Of a stretch of 64,000 nucleotides of DNA, positions 1-7,674 are shown piece by piece; the first letter of the stretch is position 1, and each line of letters begins with the position of its first letter. This DNA comes from Candidatus Micrarchaeota archaeon. GTDB lineage: Archaea; Micrarchaeota; Micrarchaeia; Micrarchaeales; Micrarchaeaceae. Location of the stretch: assembly GCA_030037495.1 (NCBI GenBank), contig JASHRG010000007.1, positions 22,718-86,717 on the forward strand. The letters run 5' to 3'. Both the position numbers and the translations under genes were made by a program. Under the pieces are notes generated by a model. The model made no database searches and had not been told where the DNA came from. It saw nothing but the letters and a program-made list of their open reading frames with translations.

Positions 1-582
1 CCTTCGCAGGCCCTTCCTGATCTGCGGAACCTTGCTCTTTTCCAGGTCACTTGAAAACTTTAGCGCGGCTAGTATCTTTATTAGCTCTTTTGTCTTCTTT
101 ACCGACTCTATATCATTTGTCACTACTATCGGCAGTTTCAACGCCTCTATGACGTGTTTTCTTGACACATAATCAGGGTTCGCTGTGGCTGCTATTGAGC
201 TCATTATAGCCTTCTGGTACTCCTTCTTGTTTATCCGCTCTATAAGCGTTTTTTCTATCTTGTGCGGGTGCGCCCTGTGTCCCTTCACCGAAGAAGGTAT
301 CCTCCTTACATGGCCCTGTACTCCACCTCCAAGCTTCTGCCTTGGCCTGATCGCTATCCCCATGTGCCTGCCTGACCTATAAGAGCTCATTGTTCCATAG
401 TACCTTGCGGTTGTGTTGAACCCAGCAAGTATGTAATGCCCTTGTGGCTGTAGCCTTAGCGTGTTCTCTGCAAGAACGGCCCTCATTATAAGATCGTTTC
501 TTACTGATTCGTTAAACGCATCAGGCAGCTCGATGCTGCCGCTGGAGCCTCCTCGCAGATCCAGAACGTTTGCACTTGCCAT
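1..582 (-). CDS. rpl4: 50S ribosomal protein L4 (uL4), partial; C-terminus runs off the window edge
   Basis: Not in the ORF track because it is open at the edge. Manual minus-strand translation from ATG 582-580 gives MASANVLDLRGGSSGSIELPDAF...GGGVQGHVRRIPSSVKGHRAHPHKIEK, an archaeal uL4 signature. It lies directly downstream of L3, as in the conserved L3-L4 operon. Confidence 0.85.
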   Translation of the reverse strand, partial: MASANVLDLRGGSSGSIELPDAFNESVRNDLIMRAVLAENTLRLQPQGHYILAGFNTTARYYGTMSSYRSGRHMGIAIRPRQKLGGGVQGHVRRIPSSVKGHRAHPHKIEKTLIERINKKEYQKAIMSSIAATANPDYVSRKHVIEALKLPIVVTNDIESVKKTKELIKILAALKFSSDLEKSKVPQIRKGLRR

Positions 583-586
583 AAAA

Positions 587-1561
587 TCACTTTGCTATGT
601 AGACTATCTTTGGCTCCTTTATCCCTGTAAGGTTTCTCTGCCTTATTGACTTCCTTATGCGGACAAGGCGCTTTGCAGGGCCTACAACAGACCCTGCCAC
701 TAGTATGTAATCGTTTCTTACAACTCCATAATTGGAAAACCCTGATGTCTTGTTTATCTGGTCTGTTTCAGTTTTCTGACCTAGTTTCAGTATCCTCTTG
801 TTGTGCTCGGTTCTGTAGTTGAAGCCAAGCTGGCCTGCCCTAGGCACTGTGTAGAACACCTTGCCAGAGCCAAATGCTCCAAGAGGGCCGCCGTGCCTTA
901 TCTTGTTCGTGCTCTTGTGCACGTTCCTCTTGACGTGGAAACGCTTTATTGGGCCTGCCCATCCCTTTCCTGTAGAAATTGAGGCTATGTCTACAAATTC
1001 GCCTGGCTTGAAGATCTCTGTTGCCCTGATCTCCCTGCCAAGGAGCTTTGTTATCAATTCAAATTTTTCCTCTATTGTCTTTCCTCCAACCGGTGACTCA
1101 AATCTCACGGCATGGTGCTGTTCGGAGGCAAGGCCTTTTGGAAATGCTACTATTAGCGCAGTGACCTCCCTGAAGTCCTTGAGCCTTGCCTTCATGTGCT
1201 CAAGCTTTGACTCGTCGTGCTTGAGCTTCTTTGTGTTTAGCCTTTGCGCCATGGCCTTGTTGTACAGCTCTGTGCTTGTTTGTTCGTAGTTGTTGAGCGG
1301 GTTTGTCGAGTAGAACCTTGCCCCGTATACCTCCATTCTGGGAACCTCAAGCACAGTGCACGCTTTTGCAACCTCGGCGTTCTTTGAAGGGGATTCCGAG
1401 TCATCGATCATTGTAAGGTGGGTCATCCCAACCTTGTAGGCTACCAGATTGCAGAGAGTCTGCTCCTTTGTGTCGGGGAAGCTCCTCATCCTTGGTAGCC
1501 TAGCCCTTGCGCGCCTGCGCGGCCAGTATTGCATAGATCCATGTGTTGGCATAAGTAGCAC
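587..1561 (-). CDS. rpl3: 50S ribosomal protein L3 (uL3)
   Basis: 324-aa ORF with HGSMQYWPRRRA and GKGWAGPIKRFHV motifs typical of archaeal uL3, followed by L4. The start may be GTG 1561 or ATG 1552. Confidence 0.9.
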   Translation of the reverse strand: MLLMPTHGSMQYWPRRRARARLPRMRSFPDTKEQTLCNLVAYKVGMTHLTMIDDSESPSKNAEVAKACTVLEVPRMEVYGARFYSTNPLNNYEQTSTELYNKAMAQRLNTKKLKHDESKLEHMKARLKDFREVTALIVAFPKGLASEQHHAVRFESPVGGKTIEEKFELITKLLGREIRATEIFKPGEFVDIASISTGKGWAGPIKRFHVKRNVHKSTNKIRHGGPLGAFGSGKVFYTVPRAGQLGFNYRTEHNKRILKLGQKTETDQINKTSGFSNYGVVRNDYILVAGSVVGPAKRLVRIRKSIRQRNLTGIKEPKIVYIAK

Positions 1562-1672
1562 TAGTTAGCCATTCTACTGTGACTGTAAAAAGCAGGGAGT
1601 CGGGGTCCGCTGCAAACGCAAACTGCGGTAAAAACAATACTTTTATTATTAAGATTGCTCGGGTTTATAAAG

Positions 1673-1927
1673 TTATACTTTTTGGCCATTTCTGGCACTT
1701 TTCCCTGCTTTTAGCGAGTCGTTCACCACCTGTACATCCCTGGTTACGGAGTTGATTGATGCCCTTAACGAGGCCATGTCCCTGGCAGTCACTGTTATCG
1801 TGAGCCTGTCCGTTTTTTCTTTTATTGATATGCTGCTCCTCTTGTACTCCCTTGATGCCCCGAGTATTCTTTTGTAGCTTACTTTCTCTGTTTTCGGGAT
1901 CACAATTGTTGACCTAAATTCCTTCAT
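1673..1927 (-). CDS. KEOPS complex subunit Pcc1-like
   Basis: The C-terminal LTITVTARDMASLRASINSVTRDVQVV matches the Pcc1/CTAG signature (A-x-D-x-x-ALRAS-x-NS). ATG 1927 overlaps the stop of the upstream gene (ATGA). The context L15e-Brix-Pcc1 is the archaeal exosome/proteasome superoperon neighbourhood. Confidence 0.65.
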   Translation of the reverse strand: MKEFRSTIVIPKTEKVSYKRILGASREYKRSSISIKEKTDRLTITVTARDMASLRASINSVTRDVQVVNDSLKAGKSARNGQKV

Positions 1928-2181
1928 TTCATCACTATGGTCCTTCCATAAGCCCATTCGCTTGGGTTTCCTGGATTGAGCTTTATTTCTATTGCCCTGC
2001 TTGAGCTCTGGACTATAAGAACTGTTGCAAATCCCCTTGCCAATGCGTCTCTCACTACCTGGTCTATGCTCTTCCTTCCCCTGAGCACTATTACTGAATT
2101 GCCATTGGCCCTTGTCTTCTCAAGTATTTTCTTTGCTATCCTTGGGTTCTTCACATTTCTTGAGAAGGTTATGTAAGGCAT
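1924..2181 (-). CDS. small Brix/Imp4-like domain protein (85 aa)
   Basis: MPYITFSRNVKNPRIAKKILEKT...VLRGRKSIDQVV...VLIVQSS...IEIKL resembles the N-terminal half of archaeal Brix-domain proteins. It sits between L15e and Pcc1. It is about half the usual length. Confidence 0.4.
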   Translation of the reverse strand: MPYITFSRNVKNPRIAKKILEKTRANGNSVIVLRGRKSIDQVVRDALARGFATVLIVQSSSRAIEIKLNPGNPSEWAYGRTIVMK

Positions 2182-2204
2182 AAGTGTAATTAGGAATAGG
2201 TTAA

Positions 2205-2753
2205 TTAACTCCTGTCGTTTGCCCTCTTGCTAGGCCTGAACTTCACTGTCCCATAGCCCTTGTTGGCTATGCCCCTGTGCAATCTTCCTGCATATGTCAG
2301 GCCGCGCTCTGCCCTCCTGTTCTGCATAACCACGCTCCTGTACTGATTGTCTGCTAGTATTGATGGGTTGCTCTTGTCAAGTAGTATTACTTCGTAGAAC
2401 TTGTTTGATCCTGCTTCGCCTACAAAATATGAGTTCATAACCTCGCAGTTGGTGAACTTCCTTGCCGCCCTTTCCTCTGCTATTGCCTGCACAGACTTCC
2501 TTCTTGAAAAGAACCTTCCTGACTTTGAGGGTTTTCTCCCGCCGCTTACTGTTGGCCTCTTCTTTGTGCCGCCAAGCACCCTTACCCTTGCCATGACAAC
2601 TCCGGGCTTTGCCTTATAGCCCAGCTCCCTCGCCCTTGCTATGTTTGTTGGCTTGCCCACTTTCGTTATTGAAGGCTCTGAGTTCCATTTCACTATCCTT
2701 GCCTTGTATATTGGGGCGCGTTCCTTGTACTCCTGAATGAAGGTTTGCTTCAT
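2205..2753 (-). CDS. rpl15e: 50S ribosomal protein L15e (eL15)
   Basis: ARARELGYKAKPGVVMARVRVLGGTKKRP and the C-terminal basic tail are typical of eL15. Confidence 0.9.
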   Translation of the reverse strand: MKQTFIQEYKERAPIYKARIVKWNSEPSITKVGKPTNIARARELGYKAKPGVVMARVRVLGGTKKRPTVSGGRKPSKSGRFFSRRKSVQAIAEERAARKFTNCEVMNSYFVGEAGSNKFYEVILLDKSNPSILADNQYRSVVMQNRRAERGLTYAGRLHRGIANKGYGTVKFRPSKRANDRS

Positions 2754-2844
2754 TGACTTGTAGAATGCTATGGAATCACTTTGCTTTTAGAAAGAGCAAA
2801 AGCTTGCGTATGCTATTAGATGGAAAAAGTATATAAGTGTAGTG

Positions 2845-3474
2845 CTACTTGGGAATTAGCGCCTCGTACGCCTCTGTAAGCTCTATGAACTTTGCTATGT
2901 CTGGCGAATCAGCAACGTCGGGGTGGCAGCTCTTGGCTGCCTTCCAGTATGCTGCCCTTATCTCATCTATGGATGAGCCAGGCTTAAGCTTCAGCACCTC
3001 CAACGGCGGCTTTCTTGGCATTTTGGGTCGGCCAGCTGAGTGCTCGTCTGCTACGCCGCCTGCATCAGGGCCATACACGACCTTGAACAGTATCCTTAGC
3101 TCGGCCAGCTCATCTGCCCTTATTTTGCCAAGGTGCAGTGGCGACTGCAAAACATACTCAAATACAGTCCTGATGTGGAATGCGGCCCCTTTTCGTCTGT
3201 GAAGCCCGATCTGCTCTTTGGCCCAAGCCAAATGGTCGGTTATTGTCTTCCTGGCAGATTCATCTGATATTGTGGTTGGATGCAACGCCTCTCCGAGCGC
3301 TTTGTTTGTTTCAAGGGTGTTGTTCGTGGTGTGCCTGACAAACATTTCGAGCGGGCCGTCTTCGCCTCTCCTTCGCTGCGCTATCGCCCTTGTCTGCGTG
3401 CTCCTGCCTGCGCTTTTAGGTTCTGTTTGCTGCACAGTAACTTCTCTGGGAAACTCCCTTAGCGCCCTGGTCAT
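2845..3474 (-). CDS. protein with C-terminal J-domain (HPD motif); N-terminal ~160 aa unassigned
   Basis: The last ~45 aa, SIDEIRAAYWKAAKSCHPDVADSPDIAKFIELTEAYEALI, read as DnaJ helix II, the HPD loop and helix III. Confidence 0.6.
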   Translation of the reverse strand: MTRALREFPREVTVQQTEPKSAGRSTQTRAIAQRRRGEDGPLEMFVRHTTNNTLETNKALGEALHPTTISDESARKTITDHLAWAKEQIGLHRRKGAAFHIRTVFEYVLQSPLHLGKIRADELAELRILFKVVYGPDAGGVADEHSAGRPKMPRKPPLEVLKLKPGSSIDEIRAAYWKAAKSCHPDVADSPDIAKFIELTEAYEALIPK

Positions 3475-3518
3475 GATAATTTACTTTATGAGAAATATTT
3501 ATATGGTCATGTATGTTT

Positions 3519-4670
3519 TCAGGGTTGCATCCAGTCTATTTCATAGTATTCGTATTCGCTCCTTGGAAGCTCTATCCTTTTTACCTTGTAGTAGGTTACT
3601 GCAGTTTCCCTGTCTGCTATCGCAATTATCAATTCGAGCTTCCTTTCCTTTGCGTCATTTATTATTGCTGAGAGCTCCGCTCCTCCGATGTATTCATCTT
3701 CGCTGAGCGATAGCATCCCGTACCTTGGTGCGTCTGTTCCAGGCGTCTCTATGTTGCCTCCCTTCCTGTGGTAGAGCACAAAGTCTATTGAGAGGTGCTT
3801 CTTCCTGCTTTTCCCAGGTATCGCAAGTATGAAGGTCTTCCTTACTGAATGTGCGACCCTTATCGCCCTTGCCCATTCTGATATGAGCATTTTGACATCC
3901 CTTGGGAACACGTGTATCACGTGCTTTGAATGCGCCCACGGCTCGCCGTTCTGCATCGGCTTTGCGCCTGGAAAATAAATCCTGAAATGTGTCCCGAACT
4001 TGAATCCGGTCTTTACAACGTATCCCTTGCTTCTCCAGTCGCTGTACACCTCATATAGCTTCAGGAAGTCTCCCCTCCTTTTTAGCGCGGTGTCGACTAT
4101 CGCCTTTCTTGTTGCGTTGCTTACGCTTAGCACATTATGGTCGATGAGGAATAATGTTTCATAAATGTCCATCTTGTTGAGCACTCCTCTGTCGCTTGCC
4201 TTGTATGTTCCGTACTGGCCAAACCACTGCTCCTCGTATATTTCCCTGCCCTTCTTTGGATCGTCGATTATTGTCATCATGTCTTCTGGGAAGAATCTTC
4301 CTTCAAGTCCATAATCCCTTATTCTCTGGTTTGAGGCCGGATACCTCTTTATCGGCGTTTTGCTTGTTGCCCTTTGGGCGTGCTCCGGCTTCTTTATCAC
4401 AAGTCCACGGTCCCTCCAGTCCTTGTATGTGAGGTATCTTGCCATTGCCTTTCCCTTGACGCCAAGCCTTTCTGCTACGTCATTGTAGTGAAGCCTCTTC
4501 CCATCCATAATACAGGATGCGTTCCTGACATCGAGAAGATAGAGCGCCTCCTCAGGTTCAAGGCGCATTGTACCGTTTGACCTCTTCCCAAAACTGCCCT
4601 TCTTAAGAATGTCTATTGTTGACTGGTCGGTTGCTACTACTTCCTTGTTTACAAGCTCTAGCTCTAGCAA
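3519..4670 (-). CDS. endA: tRNA-splicing endonuclease, three-unit (epsilon-like) architecture
   Basis: Catalytic-type C-domain YEVYSDWRSKGYVVKTGFKFGTHFRIYFPG...HSKHVIHV. There is an extra N-terminal unit (..YLTYKDWRDRGLVIKK) and an extra ~95-aa C-terminal unit. Total length is 383 aa, versus ~170-180 aa for a single alpha unit. Confidence 0.8.
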   Translation of the reverse strand: MLELELVNKEVVATDQSTIDILKKGSFGKRSNGTMRLEPEEALYLLDVRNASCIMDGKRLHYNDVAERLGVKGKAMARYLTYKDWRDRGLVIKKPEHAQRATSKTPIKRYPASNQRIRDYGLEGRFFPEDMMTIIDDPKKGREIYEEQWFGQYGTYKASDRGVLNKMDIYETLFLIDHNVLSVSNATRKAIVDTALKRRGDFLKLYEVYSDWRSKGYVVKTGFKFGTHFRIYFPGAKPMQNGEPWAHSKHVIHVFPRDVKMLISEWARAIRVAHSVRKTFILAIPGKSRKKHLSIDFVLYHRKGGNIETPGTDAPRYGMLSLSEDEYIGGAELSAIINDAKERKLELIIAIADRETAVTYYKVKRIELPRSEYEYYEIDWMQP

Positions 4671-4678
4671 AAAATCAC

Positions 4679-5434
4679 TCAGTACATGCTGCTTATTGCC
4701 TCTTTCTCTATGTCAGAAAGCTTTGCTGGGATTATGATTGATGTGGGCCCAGGGTCAAGCACCATACCTGATGCCTCTGCTATTGTCGTGAACATCTTCC
4801 TTTCATTATGGTGCGACATGCTGTGCATTACTATTACGCTGGTTGCATCATCTATTATCTTCCCATTGTAGCTTGATTCTGCCTCCCTCAGTATCCTTAT
4901 TGCCTTGCTCAGCTCTAGAGATGAGTTGTTGCTTATCTCATAATCAAGGAACACTGTGCTGTGCAGATTGCTGGCCAGGTTCCTCTGTATTGTCTCATAG
5001 AATGATACCGGTTTGTAGTTGTCAGTCCATTTTGCAATTGTGCACATCTGCCCGAACCTGTAGAAGTCAAGGCCTGATTCCCCGATTAGAACTGTTATTA
5101 TTGATGCTGCGTGGTGCACCCTTACTTCTATTCCGGCCTTCTTCGCAGCAATGAATATTATCTTGTGGGTGGTTGCAATAAGCGGATCCCCTCCTATTAG
5201 TATTGCAACATCTTTGTTCTCGGCCTCGCCAAGCAGGACAGGCAGACTCTCTTCCAGCATGGACCTGTCAAGCCTCTTCACGCTTCTTCCAGTTAGGTAC
5301 TCTATCTGGTCTATCCTGTCTTGAGGAACATATGTTGTGTAGTTGTCTGCATATAGGGCGCATCTCTTACATATTTCAAGGGAACCGGCCGGGAGGTCTG
5401 CCTTTGTAAGTCCTATGCCTACCAGATGGAGCAT
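4679..5434 (-). CDS. dph5: diphthine synthase
   Basis: MLHLVGIGL...LYADNYT...VAILIGGDPLIATTH is the tetrapyrrole-methylase fold of Dph5. The aEF-2 diphthamide loop is also present in this window. Confidence 0.85.
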   Translation of the reverse strand: MLHLVGIGLTKADLPAGSLEICKRCALYADNYTTYVPQDRIDQIEYLTGRSVKRLDRSMLEESLPVLLGEAENKDVAILIGGDPLIATTHKIIFIAAKKAGIEVRVHHAASIITVLIGESGLDFYRFGQMCTIAKWTDNYKPVSFYETIQRNLASNLHSTVFLDYEISNNSSLELSKAIRILREAESSYNGKIIDDATSVIVMHSMSHHNERKMFTTIAEASGMVLDPGPTSIIIPAKLSDIEKEAISSMY

Positions 5435-5444
5435 TCTAGCACCA

Positions 5445-6395
5445 TTAGTCCTTTATCCCGTCTGGGGTTATCTTGATAACGCATTCTCCTTCCTGCTTTA
5501 GCGGAGAGTCAACAAGCCTTACTATCCTCTTCTCCTCTTTGCTCTTCCTGAGATAAAGCATTGTTGTTGCCGCGTGGGCAAGTATGTTGCCTCCTATAGG
5601 AGTAGTTGGATCACCGAACATCATGCCAGGGTTGTCCATCACCTGGTTTGTCACATATACAGCTAGATTGTACCTGTTTGCCAGCACTGCAAGTCTGTGT
5701 ATGTGTGAGTTCAGCTTTTGCTGCCTTTCGTTGAGTGCTCCTCTTCCAAGGAACTCTACCCTGAAAAGCGATGTAAGAGAATCTACTATTATCAATCTTA
5801 TGTTCTTCTCCTTTATGAGATTGTCAGCCCTTTCAGCAGCAAGCATCTGCTGCTCAGAAGAAAGAGCCCTTACAACTGATATGTTTTCTAGAGCCTGATC
5901 GGTGTCAAGCCCAGCTTTCTTTGCCATTGTAACTATCCGCTCTGGTCTGAACGTGCCCTCTGTGTCTATGAAAAGCACGTTTCCTGCTAGGCCGCCGTCC
6001 TTCCTTGGCAGCTGTGCATTCACTGCCAACTGGAATCCGAGCTGCGTCTTTCCTGATGCAAATCTTCCATAGACCTCTGTTATCGCATCTGTTTCTATGC
6101 CTCCTCCTATAAGCTCATCAAGATCCTTTGAACCTGTTGATATCCTTCCTATATCATCCCTTTTTTCCTTTAGCTGCTTTGCAGACTCAACGTTAAGGGT
6201 TGTTGCCTCCCTTGCTGCGGCTACTGCCTTCTTTGCCGTCTCTTCATTTATTCCTGTGATTTCAGATAGGTTTGATGGAAACTGGGTTGCCACCTTGTCA
6301 AGGGAGTCTATTCCAGCACCACGCAGCTTCTCTGCTGTTGTGGGGCCTATGCCTGGCAAGTCCTCAAGCTCCTTCACTGCTTTTTCTTTGGCCAT
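5445..6395 (-). CDS. radA: DNA repair and recombination protein RadA
   Basis: N-terminal HhH region [15 protein letters not shown] and Walker [13 protein letters not shown] 6395 is preceded by GGGGT (SD-like) and lies downstream of a TATA box. The ORF-track start TTG 6416 is probably too close to the TATA. Confidence 0.9.
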   Translation of the reverse strand: MAKEKAVKELEDLPGIGPTTAEKLRGAGIDSLDKVATQFPSNLSEITGINEETAKKAVAAAREATTLNVESAKQLKEKRDDIGRISTGSKDLDELIGGGIETDAITEVYGRFASGKTQLGFQLAVNAQLPRKDGGLAGNVLFIDTEGTFRPERIVTMAKKAGLDTDQALENISVVRALSSEQQMLAAERADNLIKEKNIRLIIVDSLTSLFRVEFLGRGALNERQQKLNSHIHRLAVLANRYNLAVYVTNQVMDNPGMMFGDPTTPIGGNILAHAATTMLYLRKSKEEKRIVRLVDSPLKQEGECVIKITPDGIKD

Positions 6396-6434
6396 TTTAC
6401 CCCGCTTAATTAGCAATTACTTTATGAACTAGTA

Positions 6435-6446
6435 GTTATTTAAAGC
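6435..6446 (-). promoter_or_regulatory. putative BRE/TATA promoter for radA
   Basis: The minus strand reads GCTTTAAATAAC, about 40 nt upstream of ATG 6395. The same GCTTTAAATA core recurs upstream of several genes in the window. Confidence 0.45.
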
Positions 6447-6497
6447 TTAGAAGTTCTTTATCATAAACTCTAATGTGTAGACGTAAAAAGGACAAGT

Positions 6498-6520
6498 GCC
6501 AGCGTGTTAGACACGCTGGC
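6498..6520. repeat. perfect 9-bp inverted repeat with 5-nt spacer (GCCAGCGTG-TTAGA-CACGCTGGC)
   Basis: Read directly from the sequence. It lies in the divergent radA / DUF92 intergenic region. Confidence 0.8.
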
Positions 6521-6569
6521 AAGGCGACCAGTTCTTCACGACCTTCCTACAGTTTAGAGAACCCGTGAT

Positions 6570-7415
6570 ATGGTATGTGTATATGAATTTAAAAGACTTT
6601 GCGATAAAATTGGTAAGTGGGAAGTTTTCAGTATTATGGAAGATCAAATGGACTACCTGACTCTTGATGTTGAGGGCGTGATACTTGCTTTTGTAATGGC
6701 ATTTGTAATGCTTTTTGTCGCAACTTTCAGCGAGCCAAACATTGTACAGGGATGGGTGCTTGGCATCTATTACATAATAGTGATGCTCTTCTTCCTTGCC
6801 CTTTCTGCTATAGTTACGAGGGCTGGAAGGCCCTATAAGATGAGCATCCATCAGTACCAGAAAACTAGGAGCGTGAAGAATGTGCTTGCAAATGGGCTTG
6901 GACCGTTGCTTTTTGTGATTGTAGTGCTGTTTGGCGGAACAGTGCTGATCACTGGCTTTATTGGAAGCGTTGCCGCAGTTGCTGCTGATAAGTTCAGCAG
7001 CGAAATAGGAGTACTCGATGGAACCCCATCATCAATAGTCTCGTTCAAGAAGGTCAAGAAAGGAGTAAGCGGAGGCATTACCATGGTTGGGCTTGGAGCA
7101 GGACTCCTTGCAGCAATACTGATTGCTGTTTTTGCTGGGCTTGCCTTCGCTTCGCTGCTGCCTCCTGCGTATAATGCATATTCCTGTCCAAGCAATGGCT
7201 GCAACTTTGCGTGGTGGCAGTACAATCTCAGCGCGTTTGCGATAATAACTGGGGCAATAGTAGGCGGGTTCATAGGGACGATTGTTGACTCGTATCTTGG
7301 GTATTTTGAAGAGAAGGGATTTGGAAACAAGTATACTTCTAATTTCGTGTGCAGCGTTGTAGGCGGGCTTGTTGGGATTGCCATATATGCGCTGATAATG
7401 GGAACAGTCCTCTGA
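6570..7415 (+). CDS. DUF92 (TMEM19-like) integral membrane protein
   Basis: Multi-TM protein with RSVKNVLANGLGP, AAVAADKFSSEIGVL and KGVSGGITMVGLGAG, matching DUF92 family motifs. The start may instead be ATG 6636. Confidence 0.55.
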   Translation: MVCVYEFKRLCDKIGKWEVFSIMEDQMDYLTLDVEGVILAFVMAFVMLFVATFSEPNIVQGWVLGIYYIIVMLFFLALSAIVTRAGRPYKMSIHQYQKTRSVKNVLANGLGPLLFVIVVLFGGTVLITGFIGSVAAVAADKFSSEIGVLDGTPSSIVSFKKVKKGVSGGITMVGLGAGLLAAILIAVFAGLAFASLLPPAYNAYSCPSNGCNFAWWQYNLSAFAIITGAIVGGFIGTIVDSYLGYFEEKGFGNKYTSNFVCSVVGGLVGIAIYALIMGTVL

Positions 7416-7540
7416 TTAGAAAGCGCTAAATACCTTAGTTGCTGCAATTTAAGCAAGGATAGTGCCTGCGGCCTGGCGCTCTATAAATCTGGCTTTGACG
7501 TTGAATTTTGTGTCTATAGCCTTGGCTCTTGTTTTGTATA

Positions 7541-7663
7541 CGCCGGGGTAGGGATTTGAACCCTAAAGCCCAGATGGGCACCGGTTTTCTTTTGCATCAC
7601 AATTCAGCTCTTGAAATTCTGAGAATTCAAGACCGGCGCATTACCGGATTCTGCCACCCCGGC
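7541..7663 (-). tRNA. tRNA-Ser (anticodon UGA) with 39-nt intron at canonical 37/38 position
   Basis: Manual fold: acceptor GCCGGGG/CCCCGGC, anticodon stem CCGGT/ACCGG, loop CU-UGA-A, long variable arm GCCCATCTGGGC, T arm TAGGG-TTCAAAT-CCCTA, discriminator G. The intron spans about 7587-7625. No encoded CCA. Confidence 0.85.
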
Positions 7664-7674
7664 ACTGTAGTCTA

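Noticed and set aside
3218-3706. 162-aa plus-strand ORF spanning the J-domain gene start and the endA 3' end.
   Set aside because: It overlaps two motif-supported minus-strand genes, is Leu/Ser/Cys-rich and has no domain.
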